A stretch of 64,000 bases of DNA. Source: Eledone cirrhosa. Lineage: Eukaryota. A program made the translations under genes and the position numbers. The stretch spans positions 10,292,001 to 10,356,000 of the forward strand of contig OZ024746.1 in NCBI GenBank assembly GCA_964016885.1, read 5' to 3'. This document shows, piece after piece, positions 1-13,004 of this stretch (its first letter is position 1; each line of letters begins with the position of its first letter). The notes beneath the pieces were generated by a model. It was not told the DNA's origin. It was given only the letters and a program-made list of their open reading frames with translations, and ran no database searches.

Positions 1-1029
1 TCAAATTCCACTGTGGCCTGTTTGTGTGATAAACTTAATCTGTTGCCAAGTTTAACGCTATTGCTTGGCCCTTGGGTACCTTTAGTAGAGAGACCAATCT
101 GTTGGAAGCAGATCATGTCTCCAGTTTGAGGATACATCCCTATATCTGTCTCACCAGTCTTAAAGAAAATAATAGGTCGTGATTATTGTTCTTTCTCCAG
201 ATCAAATGATACACAAAAAGAAATGGTACCATACTTCTGGGTGTGTACATATAACCATGATGGCTTCGAATTGGGGGATCTATATTTATAAACTGATAAT
301 AATAATTAATAATGTTCACTATCAATTTTATTAACTCATCACAGACATTTAATCATCCATTTCATATCTACTTTGGTAAATTCTGGTTAACTCCAAAAAC
401 TTTTCAAGGCATGTCTGTTTTTTATCTAGAACTACATTGAACAATGTCATTCTCAGTTGAGGGAGATTTGGCTGTTATTTTCAGTCTGTCAAGTGACCAC
501 GTAGAGTTCTTTCATTTACTGGTGCCAAATTTTTTTTCATATGACCCTCAAATGAACTATGAGTAAAAAGAGGAGGGTTACTTCCAATGGCTTTTACAAA
601 TCTTCTAAAATTTGTAAATTTGGTGTAGTTGATTTTCGGCTGGAACCTATGTATAAAAATGTGAACATGGAGGGTAATTTGGTTTTAGTGCAGGGTCTGG
701 ATAAGAAGCCATGAAGATAGCAGCAGTGATAGAAGTGTGATTAAATCTTTGCTAATCAATTAGATGGTCTATTTTGATGATGTGTAAGGGAGTTTCTGCA
801 GTAATGTCTGGTAATTTAGCAATAGAGGTGGATATCATTGGCTTTAAGGCTACGCCCCAGTATGGTCACAGACAGACTGAAATCAGTGATAAATACCAAC
901 CAGACTGGTTTTTGATGTGTTACAATTGAGTTTGTCCTTTTTGACAGAAACTTCTTTCTTATCTGAATTGGATGTCAACACAAATTTAGAAGTTTGATTT
1001 TAGTTGAATTTTCATTTAATGTCTGTTTT

Positions 1030-1270
1030 CTCTGATAGTAAGGGTTAGATGGGTTGTCAAAGACCAAGTCAGTACCCAGCCACATCACACATACCTCCCC
1101 AATCTGCAAAGTGTATCTGGTGCGTTTTATCATGGTTCCGGCACTAGGGAGGTTGTCATGTCCTTGACATAACTGACAAGTACTTTGTTTGGCAAGTTTT
1201 TTTTCTGTGTGGATATCCAACCATTTTACAGTGTACTGGGTCGACATATTGTATATGTATGGCTTCATGT
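1030..1270 (-). mobile_element. Degenerate piggyBac-like C-terminal Cys-rich fragment
   Basis: ORF 975-1268 contains CQLC...KRTRY, resembling the piggyBac CRD pattern; the fragment is decayed. Confidence 0.3.
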
Positions 1271-1650
1271 GTCAAAGATAGACCCACTATATTAGGCTAA
1301 TAGTCTGATCTATGCATACTACAAGCAATAACAACTCCTTTTTTCAGAAATACAGACCTTTTGATTATATTTATCATTTCTTGCAAGTAGTGTGCATGAA
1401 TAAGCCTTGTCAATGAAGGGAAATCGTGGACACATTACCATATTCCTAATGGGGGACACTGCCTATCATTTTGAAAAGAATCCAGAATTTGCAAGGATTT
1501 AGTAATATATCTAACTTTCATGTTATTAAGCTGGTATTTGGAACATAATTTAAAAGTTCTTAGATAAATATAAACTGAGCATCACTACATCTGTAGATGG
1601 CTGAATGGAATAAAATTCTAAAATACCAACAAACTATTTTTTTCTTTCAG

Positions 1651-1736
1651 CTTGTAACAATCAAATGTTTGGGGGAGCTGGGCCATACTGTCATATTAGG
1701 TGCCTGCAAGGGTGCTGTGAGAGTTGGCTAGCCTAA
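1651..1736 (+). CDS. Possible terminal coding exon of an unidentified upstream gene (Cys-rich peptide)
   Basis: Strong acceptor tttttttctttcag ends at 1650. The phase-1 frame reads CNNQMFGGAGPYCHIRCLQGCCESWLA* and is GC-richer than the flanks. I do not recognise a homolog. Confidence 0.25.
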
Positions 1737-4559
1737 AAAATTATTTGAAGGAAATTCAAGTGCTCCTTATTGCAACATGTAATTGAATGAGCATATTTTT
1801 TCCTCTCTCTCATATATATATATAGCACTTACTGTATTCTCCCGTGCATTCATTTATAACCCACACTCCTCTTTTGGCTGGAAAAGCTTAGTTTTGGTGT
1901 ATCCCATACAACCCTAGAAAAATACAGAAGTGTAAAACCATGGACAGTTTCAGGCAGGTTGGTATCAAAAGAGTGAGACCAGATAACAGAAATCCATGTC
2001 CTACACTCGTACTAAACACATTCAGCAGAATATTTGACACAGAAAACAAATCTTTTTTTTTTTTTTTCCCCTATGCTTGCATGGGGCTAGATGAATGCCG
2101 GGTGACTGGGTTTCTATGGCTGGATGCTCTTCTTAACGCTAACCATTTTATTCTAACTCCGACATTACAGGGTAAACTGGGTGTTTTGTACTTAGAATTA
2201 AACTCATTGCGATGCTATGCAACTTAACCAATTATTTGAAATGATAATACACTGAGTATATATATATTTTTTTTAACTTACTTTAAGTGCAGCAGTAATT
2301 ACCAGTGAACAGAGTTTGACACATTTTCAGTTCCTAGTTAAATAACTTTATTTCCTTGAGAAATGTATGATCACATGAAAACCATTTTTTTTTTAGGCTT
2401 CAGTATAGTTAACATTTTTATATTTCAAGTTTAGATGTAGATATAGAATATACAAAGTGAGTACATATATCCTTTAAATCTGCACACACACAATTGGGTT
2501 TATCTATTCTTGCAATCAACTAAGGACACCCCAAAATGCTAGGAATTAATATTTCCAACCAGATTGAATTGTATTACTACAGATGCATTATCTATATATT
2601 TCCCTAGCCTAAGTGAAGAAAAAGACATATTTACAGTGGAGAGAAATGGCTAAGTTATGTAATTCAACACTACCAATCAACCTAATATATATAACATTTG
2701 CCTCATCCTCAAATTGTAACTTATTTAAAGCCAACTGGAGATTAAAAAAATAATCATTGCTTTTTGGATAATTGTCTCAATCTTCTTCAAATAAAATGTT
2801 TCCGCCATCATCAATTCATAGCACTTTTTCATTCATTATGTATTTATCCATTCACATATTTCCATATTAAACAATTATATCCGTCGAGTTTATTGGGAAA
2901 GAATTTTGCTCAGTGAATGACACTAAGAATATTTTCGAATCAAATTCAAACTACCTCTCTCAAAATGCTATAGAATGTATAATTAATTTAGATTCTACAC
3001 TCCTTGCAGCAATTAATGCCTTCATTAGCATATTTCTTATGAAGAACACTGCCTATGACTTTTGAAAATAATAAATTTGGAGGGATTTAGTAAATTGTTT
3101 CTACTTTTGGCACAAGGCCAGTAATTACCCATACTTTATTTTATTGACCCCGTAAGGGATTTAGTAAATAATATAACTAATTAAGATAAAATTATGATAG
3201 GGTTTTTATATTGTAAAAACAAGCTATGTTTGGTATCAAAAGGGTTAAACTGACTATTAATTACAAAGAAAAAAAAAAAAACAATATAAATATTGTTATT
3301 TTTTTACAAAATTAACTTTATATCAAAGACATTTTACAAATTGGATATTTTTTTAAATCATCATTTTAATGATTTAGATGAAGTATAAAATTATAAATGA
3401 AGCTTGTAGTTTGAGTATTTGCAGAATTTTATTAACAAAACAAAAAATATGCATTTTTTTTTTTTTTTTTAAATTCAATTTGTCTTTTTAAACCATATCT
3501 GACTATTCACATACAACAGTAACACTTGTATGTTAACATTTAAACATCAGATATTTACAAATGATCAGCAAAAAAGAAAGAAATTTTGAATTGTTTCATT
3601 TTGAGAAATTAACAAATGTAGGACAGTGGATTAAATGTCATGTCCAATATATTGTATTTTGAGGTAGTAAGTTTTCATTTTTTCTGTTATACTTGAGTAA
3701 ATGTATGTATTACATTCCACTGAACATGTAAAGAAATGTCTTTTACATTGCCAACATCCTACAATTGTGCCTTTTTAACATATCAAAATGGAAATAAACT
3801 GAAATGTAATATATTACAAGCGTTGTTATAATTTTAAATATGTATTTGAATTACAAAAAGAATTTAGGATTAGTGCTTAAAGCCCTGATTACTATATCTT
3901 TTTCTAGGGGCAGGAACAAAAAAATTTCCACCTGGATAAATAGTTAATCACAACCAGCTTTGCCAGTAAAACCTGGCATCAGTTCCATACAACTTAGTGA
4001 ACAGAAGCAATGTAGAATTTGATAGAAATAAAAAAACATTACACAAAAAAAAAAAAAAAAAAAAAGACTATAGTGTTCAATATCTTATCTGCTTGACAAT
4101 TTCACTTATTTACCAAAATATAGGATACATGATATTTTTAACATAGATTAACCAATTAACTCCAGGCTTTATTTTAGCAAACTCACCAACACAACAATTG
4201 CTACTGCCTTATCTGTAAAATCCCAATACTAGTTTGCATCTGTGATAAAATCATTAGCATCAACAAAATAGTTAATGGTTTCCAAGAAGTGTATTTATTG
4301 TTTATAAAAAAAATAAATGTGAATATATCAATTATACATTGAACGGTGATTGTTCAATTTTATATTGCAAATTTAGCCCTTGCATATGCCTATATTTCTA
4401 TATATACACGTATGTATTAGCTGAAGTACCCAGCTTCACCCAGGTAAATAGATAAGGGAAGACAGGTAGAAAAGAAAACAACTGTATTGGATGCATTGTC
4501 TGGTTTAGAGTATGATGTGTGAGAGAGAAAAGTAAAGAAACACTGTCCTCTGTAACAAA

Positions 4560-5130
4560 GAACCTGATATAGATCAAGCTTTCATCCATCAGTGGCTGGA
4601 GAGTTTTGAGCTAAAAGCAGAGAGTGAGGGCTTCATTTTGGCTGCACAAGATCAGTGTCTTTCAACGTGCAACTTTCAAGCCAATGCGATCAGAAATGGA
4701 ACTGACTCAAGGTGTCAATTTTGCAATGAGCAGGTTGAAACAACTGACCACCTGGTTATATAGGCGACAAGGTATTAGCTGCCCAGGAGCTTGAATAGGA
4801 CAATATTTGCACTCAGTAATATGCAGGTTTTACAGCATAAAGTCAGATAAAATATTACAAGCACCACCCTGATTCTGTAACAAAGTGAGAATGTGACAAT
4901 CCTATTGGATTTTCCTATTAACACTGACAGAACGATCAAGGCCAATAGACCTGTGAAGGATCATAAAAAAAAAACATGCGTCTTAATTGATATGAGCATG
5001 CCATTAGACTGTAACATCTCTTCAAAAGAGTTCCGAAAGCTCAGTAAATATAAAACTCTGACACTTGAAATTGAGAAAATATGCATCTTAAGACCTGTAC
5101 AATACCAGTAATAGTTGGTGCACTGGAATT
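4560..5130 (+). mobile_element. R4/Dong-clade non-LTR retrotransposon 3' fragment (CCHC knuckle plus restriction-like endonuclease)
   Basis: Translates LKAESEGFILAAQDQ...CQFC...ETTDHL and ILLDFPINTDRTIKANRP...CVLIDMS...KLSKYK, with stops and frameshifts. Confidence 0.75.
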
Positions 5131-5357
5131 AAATTGGACAGCTTAATTTAAACTGTTAGAATTTTCTCAGAGGGTATAAAGTGGAATTTGGATTGATAAA
5201 ATGTTCCATATTGATCATGAAAAAGGGAAAATTCAATGAAAAAGAGAAAATTCAAAAGATGCCAAATGGAGAACATATCACTGTACAAGAAGAATTTGGA
5301 ACATCTTTGAATTTTCCGAAACACTACCAAACCTAATAACGCCAGTCTCTGGTTATA

Positions 5358-6943
5358 CAGTGGCGGACATGGAAGTAAGAACACTTTTTATTTTGCATGT
5401 AACTTTTTAGTTATTTTGTTTCTGTAACTTTGCAATATGCCAAAAGAAAGAGAAATAATTTCTCTATTGCTATCTCTGTTATTAAGCCAATTAGTAAAGC
5501 GAACCAGTTTTTATGGCTCATTAACGCAATTATAGCAAGATTTTGGCGGACGTGGAAGTAAGAACACTTTGCATTTCCTATGTTTACTTTCTTCATAGCT
5601 ACTCTAGCAAATTTTAGATTTGTATAATAAAATATGATGTTATATATGACATTTTTCTTTTTTCCAGCATTTTATTATTATGGGGAGAAAAAGAGATTTG
5701 AGTCCTACTAAACGGGCACGGATCGTCGAGTTGAGAAAGTTGAATTTTTCCTTCCGCGTGATTTCTAAGATGACAACATGCAGCTCCACTGCTTGTATTC
5801 AAGCCTGGCGCACTTGGGAACGTACAGGATCATACAAATTGAAGCCAAAACCAGGTCGAAAAACGGACGATCGCCAGGATAGAGCGATTGGCCGGTCATC
5901 AGAAAATGACCGAAAAAAGACTGCTGTCGAGATCTGCTCCGAAGTGAACACTTCCCACAACTCGGATATCTCAGTCAGAACTGTCCGTCGTCGTCTGCGC
6001 GAAATCGGACTCAATGGTCGCATCGCCAGACGTGTTCCGCTCATCTCACTCGCCAACCGTCGCAAACGACTTGCATTCACATACAAATATCTCGCATGGA
6101 CACCCGCTGATTGGCGCAAAGTCCTATTTTCAGATGAAAGTCTATTCACCATGGTCGGATCAGATGGCAAGACTTATGTCAGAAGGAGAACACACGAGGA
6201 ATTCGATGATCGGTGTTCTCAAAAAACGGTGAAACATGGTGGAAAATCGATCATGTTCTGGGGTGCATTTTCGGCTATGGGCACCGGTCCCCTTGTTCCC
6301 ATTTCCGGCAGTATGAACCAGAACACTTATGTCAAGATCCTGGAAGACCATTTGGAGCCCTATGTTGATGAAAATATGCCTTTAAATTGGCAATTTGTGC
6401 AAAACAATGCCCCGTGTCATTCTGCAAAGTCGGTTAAGCAATTTTTTCATGAGAAAAAATGGAAGGTCATCGATTGGCCTCCTCAATCGCCAGACTTAAA
6501 TTGTATAGAAAACCTGTGGCATTTAATAAAGCGCGAAATTCGACATCAAAACCCAAAAAACTTTCACGATCTGATGGCCACCATCAACCTGACATGGAAC
6601 AACTTCAGTTTGGACCAATGCATGAAATTAGTGGAAAGTATACCTAGATGTACTGCCGTGATCAAACAGAAAGGATATGCCACCAAATATTGATTTCGAC
6701 CATAATTCGAGCATTAAATGAAATAAAATAAAAGTGTTCTTACTTCCATGTCCGCCAAAATGTGGCTATAATTGCGTTAACGAGTCATAAGAACTGGCCT
6801 ATTTGACTAATTGGCTTAATAACAGAGATAGCGATAGAGAAATTATTTCTCTTTCTTTAGGTATATTGCAAAGTTGCAGAAACGAAATATCAAAAAAGTT
6901 ACATGCAAAATAAAAAGTGTTCTTACTTCCATGTCCGCCACTG
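5358..6943 (+). mobile_element. Full-length Tc1-family DNA transposon with IR/DR-type long TIRs
   Basis: TA TSDs at 5356-57 and 6944-45. ~215-bp TIRs start CAGTGGCGGACATGGAAGTAAGAACAC, and the terminal motif recurs at the inner ends (~5541-5570 and ~6732-6760). Confidence 0.95.
5680..6693 (+). CDS. Tc1-like DD34E transposase (second catalytic Asp replaced by Asn)
   Basis: 337-aa open ORF with an HTH region, VLFSDES, QNNAPCH (normally QDNAPCH), 34 aa spacing to SPDLNCIE, and a C-terminal GYATKY. Confidence 0.92.
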   Translation: MGRKRDLSPTKRARIVELRKLNFSFRVISKMTTCSSTACIQAWRTWERTGSYKLKPKPGRKTDDRQDRAIGRSSENDRKKTAVEICSEVNTSHNSDISVRTVRRRLREIGLNGRIARRVPLISLANRRKRLAFTYKYLAWTPADWRKVLFSDESLFTMVGSDGKTYVRRRTHEEFDDRCSQKTVKHGGKSIMFWGAFSAMGTGPLVPISGSMNQNTYVKILEDHLEPYVDENMPLNWQFVQNNAPCHSAKSVKQFFHEKKWKVIDWPPQSPDLNCIENLWHLIKREIRHQNPKNFHDLMATINLTWNNFSLDQCMKLVESIPRCTAVIKQKGYATKY

Positions 6944-6945
6944 TA

Positions 6946-8030
6946 GACTGATGTTACCACTACCATGTCGATCACAAGAAGAAACGCCTAAAACGGAAAT
7001 TCCTTTTTAAGTGCTAAACACCACTACAACAACAGCTCTTCGCACTACACCAACACAGACAGGACAACCTCACCACTGAGCCTATCAATACACTGACCAA
7101 TACCAGCCCATTACCCAAAACACGACCTCTCGTCATAAACTTAACAGAACTTCAACTCCTCAGTCTCAACTCGAAATCCATATCAATACAACTGGACGAC
7201 AAAGTAAAACTTGACCTTGAAACCAACTGCCTATCACCTCAAATGGTTATCTTTTATCAACACCACCACTACTGTGACAAACACCTCCACTAAATTTCCC
7301 ACATACCACCTTGACCACCTACTCAATCCACTCCCAGCCAACTGTGACCTCGGTCTCAAACAACAGACTCAAGCAGTCTATTTTTACCATCTTACAGAAA
7401 CAAATGAGGATTTCTCCAAACCTCTCCAGGATACACCACATTTTAAAAAACTAGAGAGAGAAGGACCTTGTATACCTTGCTTCCAATAAAGGGAAAGTGT
7501 TTTGAGCTATCACTCGTGACACCTAGCATTTGGACACTTCAGCAATGTTGGATTATATTCCAAAATAACATAACATCAACCCAGATTGAAGACTGCATTA
7601 ACACTGCCTGGGCTGATATCTGCAGATGAAGACAACTTCCTAACAAACAAAAAACTACAGACTACCAAAGTTCTACCACTCACAAAATCAGATCCTCAAA
7701 CCTATACTCTCTGCTTTTCATGGACATGTCAGCAACTCTGATATGGTTATCCAAAGACACTGTCAACTTCAGCCAGGTCAAATCAAACTTAATAGATTCA
7801 CATTTAACATGTGCTTCTTGAAGTTAATGCACTTCAGCAAAAAAAATAACCACGGTAATCTGCAGGGAAGGACCCTTCACTGCAAGGACACCTATTAAAA
7901 ATGCAGCCAAAGGACACCACCACCAATGCACACTGGCAAACTGCCCCATTTGAGACATACAAGCCAGTAGGTATATGTGGTTACACTGTGCCAAATGCAG
8001 AGATTTATATATTGGTAGTACTGTAGACCT
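6946..8030 (+). mobile_element. Decayed Penelope-like element (GIY-YIG endonuclease remnant) that hosts the Tc1 and Gypsy insertions
   Basis: Near 7985-8030 it reads CAKCRDLYIGST (GIY-YIG second motif) and is cut at the LTR start. The AC-rich sequence appears to continue left of the Tc1 TSD. Confidence 0.55.
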
Positions 8031-8422
8031 TGTAGCGACCCCTAGGGCTGGAACTCAGAACTTATAAGAGTTGCGTCCCTTTGTGACGGTCGTAACCCCT
8101 AGTGTCACATCCATGAGCTAAACAGAGTTACATGGGGACTATATATGTGAGAGCGTGAGACCATACGCTCTCTCACTTTCCATTCACTGCAGCTGAAGAG
8201 ATGACTTCTGCCTTCTCTCTCTTCTTTACACGCTCCAGTCTTGGAGTAGTCGAGATGCAGCTCACCAACAGCCTACAGCCTACTCACTACTCGTGCTAAA
8301 ATATATGTATTGTTCCATTATTGACTTTTATGAAGTAAAACTTTGTACAAACACGCACAACCATTCTTATTCTTTCTAAAAAATATTACAAGTAATTTGT
8401 TTATTAATACCAACCTTCTAAA
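8031..8422 (+). repeat. 5' LTR of a Gypsy element
   Basis: Starts TGTAGCGAC and is followed directly by a PBS-like TGGTGACCCGA (8424-8434, resembling tRNA-Trp PBSs). I saw no partner 3' LTR in the window. Confidence 0.65.
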
Positions 8423-8829
8423 GTGGTGACCCGAAAAGAAGTGGTATTAGATAAACAAAAAAAAAAAAACAATTACTATAAAAAGAGAAAAAAAAACTCT
8501 TATTGATTCAGATATGGCTGCATTCACTAACATCAACAACTTTTTTCCTAAACTTTCTTGCTAAAATTTTTGATGTTGTCAAGATGGCGGCTTTCGTCTT
8601 CAAAAATTTTTTTGGCACGAAACATCTTGGTTTTTGTTTTAGGCTCGCAGAAAATGTATTATTAATGCCATTGTTTGATTAATCACTCTATTGCACATTA
8701 TTTCGGAGGCATTCTTTTTCCTGTCCAGTTGTTTGACAGAGAAAAACAAGTGGATTTATTTTCTTTTTTCCCCTCGGGTCCGAAATATTTTTTATACGGA
8801 CACGTTTTGGCATCTCATACTTCTAAGGT

Positions 8830-11623
8830 CCTTGCCGCTGTTTCTCAGGCAGCCCAGGCCACACCTGGCCATGCCACCTGCGCGGCAACTCCAACAGACA
8901 GCTCAGCGATTATGGCCATACAGAAAGCCATTCTCGAACTCACCCTAGAGCTACAGAAACTGAAGGATTCTAGCAGTTCGCGCTCGCGCAGCCGCAGTAG
9001 AGCTTACTCTTTTAGACACCGCCCCAGGTCACCAGCTTCATCTTTATGTTGGTACCACGAGCCTTTTGCCGAGAACGCGAACCATTGTGTTCAACCTTGT
9101 TCGTTTCTGAAGTCGGGGAACGCCAGAGAGGTGCGTTGACGGCGGCGGCTAACCTCAGTATAAAGCCACCAAACCGCCATTTCTTCATCAAGGACCTTAT
9201 GTCAGGGAGAGGCTTCCTTGTGGATACAGGAGCCTCCTGTAGTATTTGGCTGGTCCATTGCCTAAAAGATACACCTGTGGAGTCATCCGTTACTCTGCAG
9301 GCCGTTAACCACTCGCCTATAAAAACGTACGGACAAATCTCGCTTCCTCTCAAATTCCTAAATCTTTGTAGGGATTTTAAATGGATTTTACGGTCGCTGA
9401 CTTGCCATAGGAGCGGATTTCCTCCACAATTTCTTTTACTGTGGACGTCAGTGGCCAACGCCTGGTGGATGACATACTGGTTTTTTAATTCGTGGCTGGA
9501 AAGCCAATGCTCCAACGGTCAGCCCCATATTCTTCATCGCTGCCGCTGGCGACACCTACCATTCGTTGTTAGGTTCTTTCCCGGAGCCCACCGATGGAAA
9601 TTTTCGAGTCACTCAGCCAACTCAATCAACCGAACATTTCATTTCCGCCACCGGTGCTCCAGTGTTTTCACGTCCACGCCGTTTACCAGCAGACAAATTA
9701 AAGGCAGCACGGTCCGAGTTCAATCATATGCTGCAGCTGGGCATTATTCGCCCATCTACGAGTCTTTGGGCTTCACCATTACATATGGTGCCCAAGTCTT
9801 CTGGCGACTGGAGACCCACTGGGGATTATAGGAGGTTAAACGCTATGACCGTCACGGATAGATATCCAATCCCCCATCTCCAGGATTTCGCATCTTCATT
9901 GCAGGGTTGTAAGATTTTCTCTAAACTAGATTTAGTGTGAGCTTACACCAAATTCCGGTCAGGAAGAAAGATATTCCGAAAACAGCAATTACAACTCCTT
10001 TCGGATCCTTCGAATTTTTTACCATGCCTTTCGGACTCAGGAATGCCGCTACCACTTTTCAGCGGTTCATAGACGAGGTCACTCGTGGTTTGGACTTCAT
10101 TTATGCATATATAGACGATCTTCTTGTCGCTAGTTCCTCTCCAGAAGAGCATATGCGTCACCTGGACCTTTTATTTAGCCAACTCCAGGATTACCGTGTT
10201 CGAGTGAATCCTGCAAAGTGTGTTTTTGGTTCCGCTTCACTGAATTTTTTAGGTCACATCATCGACGCAGAGGGTATTTGACCCCTTCCTCAGCGAGTTA
10301 AAGCTATACAGGATCTACCTCTGCCTACTACACTTCACCAGTTACGTAACTTCTTAGGCCTAATCAATTTTTATAGACGTTTCGTTCCTCATTGTGCATC
10401 CCTTACCGAGATTTTGAAAAAAATCGTCGTAAGAAGAATGAGGATATTTCCTTGACACAAAGACAGCTCAAAGGTTTCCAGACTGCCAAGACAACACTTG
10501 CTAGTTCATCTTTGCTAGCCCACCCAGTACCAGAAGCCAAGCTTTCGCTTTGTGTTGATGCATCTGATACCGCTGTGGGAGCAGTTTTACAACAGTATAA
10601 CGCTGGAAAACAACAACTTTTGGCATTTTTCTCCAGCCAGGAAGCTGAAACCAGCAGAAACTCGTTACAGCACGTTTAGTCAGGAGTTGTTAGCCATATA
10701 TCTGTCGTTGAAACATTTTTCTCATATTCTTGAGGGAAGAACTTTTACGGTTTTCACTGACCACAAACCTCTTACCTTCGCTTTGAGGGCTAAAGCCGAC
10801 AAATATTCACCCAGAGAGAGACAAGGCACCTTGATTACATTTTGCAATTTACTAATGATATACAGCACATTGCTGGCTCACTTAACACAGCTGCAGACGC
10901 ATTGTCACGTTTAACAATCAGCTCGATTTCGTCATCCCAGGAGATCGATTTAAGTCAAACGACCAACCTGCACTCGAATCGTTGGACACTTCATCACCCG
11001 AGTTTGCGACTTGCAACTTGAAATATCTGCCCTTGTCGACCACCAACAGGCAGATCCTATGCGACGTATCAACGGATTCACCACGACCTTGTGTTCCTGA
11101 GACTCACCGTCAAATTGTGTTCCTTGCTTTGCACAGCATTTCTCACCCAGGAATTTCAGCCACAGTAAAGCTCATAACAACTAGATTTTTCTGGCCCAAT
11201 ATGAGGCATGAAATTACTGTCTGGTGCTGTTCCTGCACACAGTGTCAAAAGTCTAAAGTCCACAGACACATCCGGACTCCACTTGGTACTTCCAGTACAC
11301 CAGATGCTTGTTTTCAACACATCCACATCGATATCGTTGGACCTTGCCCATTCAGTAGTGGATATTCTTACCTTTTGACCTGCATTGATCATTTTTCGTG
11401 ATGGCCTGAAGCCAACCCCTTAAAAAACATTACCACTGAGACTATAGCGTGTGCCCTGGTATCAGGGTGGATTACCCGCTTTGGCGTACCAACAACAATC
11501 ACCACAGACCGTGGTAGACAATTTGAATCTCATCTCTTCTCAGAGCTGATAAAAATCATTGGTGCTCAACGAATCCGGACCACAGTTTATCATCCTGCTT
11601 CGAACGGAATGGTGGAACGTTTG
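8830..11623 (+). mobile_element. Ty3/Gypsy gag-pol remnant (frameshifted, 3'-truncated in integrase)
   Basis: Gag CWYH...C...PC knuckle, protease [32 protein letters not shown], RNase H VDASD/FTDHKPL, and integrase H-HPG-C-C, HIDIVGP, TTDRG, ASNGMVER. Domain order is PR-RT-RH-IN. Confidence 0.95.
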
Positions 11624-11735
11624 TGGATTTTGGAGAGGAAGTAGATGGCGGGGGTGAGGGGTGTGCAGATAAAGTTGGAGGTGGTGGGAGGTAAGAGGAA
11701 CGAGTGACAAGGTGTTGGATGCCCAATCCACACCA
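11620..11735 (-). mobile_element. Short Penelope-like RT fragment, inverted
   Basis: The reverse strand reads TPAIYFLSKIHK, homologous to TPTIYFLPKLPK at ~13013 on the + strand. Confidence 0.6.
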
Positions 11736-11741
11736 TAAAGC

Positions 11742-12777
11742 GACCATCCTGGAGCCACAACAATAAGAGACCATCCTAGAGCCACAACAATAAGAGACCA
11801 TCCTGGAGCCACAACAATAAGAGACCATCCTAGAGCCACAACAATAAGAGACCATCCTAGAGCCACAACAATAAGAGACCATCCTAGAGCCACAACAATA
11901 AGAGACCATCCTAGAGCCACAACAATAAGAGACCATCCTAGAGCCACAACAATAAGAGACCATCCTAGAGCCACAACAATAAGAGACCATCCTAGAGCCA
12001 CAACAATAAGAGACCATCCTAGAGCCACAACAATAAGAGACCATCCTAGAGCCACAACAATAAGAGACCATCCTAGAGCCACAACAATAAGAGACCATCC
12101 TAGAGCCACAACAATAAGAGACCATCCTAGAGCCACAACAATAAGAGACCATCCTAGAGCCACAACAATAAGAGACCATCCTAGAGCCACAACAATAAGA
12201 GACCATCCTGGAGCCACGACAATAAGAGACCATCCTGGAGCCACCGACAATAAGAGACCATCCTGGAGCCACAACAATAAGAGACCATCCTGGAGCCACA
12301 ACAATAAGAGACCATCCTGGAGTCCCCGACAATAAGAGACCATCCTGGAGCCACAACAATAAGAGACCATCCTGGAGCCACAACAATAAGAGACCATCCT
12401 GGAGCCACAACAATAAGAGACCATCCTGGAGCCACAACAATAAGAGACCATCCTGGAGCCACAACAATAAGAGACCATACTGGAGTCCCCGACAATAAGA
12501 GACCATCCTGGAGTCCCCGACAATAAGAGACCATCCTGGAGCCACAACAATAAGAGACCATCCTGGAGCCACAACAATAAGAGACCATCCTGGAGCCACA
12601 ACAATAAGAGACCATCCTGGAGCCACAACAATAAGAGACCATCCTGGAGCCACAACAATAAGAGACCATCCTGGAGCCACAACAATAAGAGACCATCCTG
12701 GAGCCACAACAATAAGAGACCATCCTGGAGTCCCCGACAATAAGAGACCATCCTGGAGCCACAACAATAAGAGACCA
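11742..12777. repeat. 27-bp minisatellite, ~38 copies
   Basis: Unit GAGACCATCCT(A/G)GAGCCACAACAATAA is repeated head-to-tail without spacers. Confidence 0.98.
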
Positions 12778-12779
12778 AG

Positions 12780-12992
12780 CCACACTGTAATAATGTGGTC
12801 GTGTACGTGTCAACAAAAAGCACCCAGCACACTCTGTAAAGTGGTTGGCATTAGGAAGGGCATCCAGCCATAGAAACCAAGCTAAAATCAGTTGTGTGTG
12901 TGCAAAACATGATCCTCCGCCCTGTCTCACAATGGGATAACTCATCTAACCCATAGTACCACAGAAAATGGACATTAAACGATGATGATGAT
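12780..12992 (+). repeat. RTE-type 3' tail / SINE-like repeat
   Basis: GGTTGGCATTAGGAAGGGCATCCAGCC...TGGACATTAAAC(GAT)n, shared with 44385-45050 and 55772-56345. Confidence 0.8.
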
Positions 12993-13004
12993 ACACCCTG
13001 AAGA

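Noticed and set aside
11540-12945. Long minus-strand ORFs (430, 409 and 254 aa) and a CRISPR-like look
   Set aside because: These are by-products of a 27-bp tandem unit with few stops on that strand. There are no unique spacers and no cas genes, and the context is eukaryotic.
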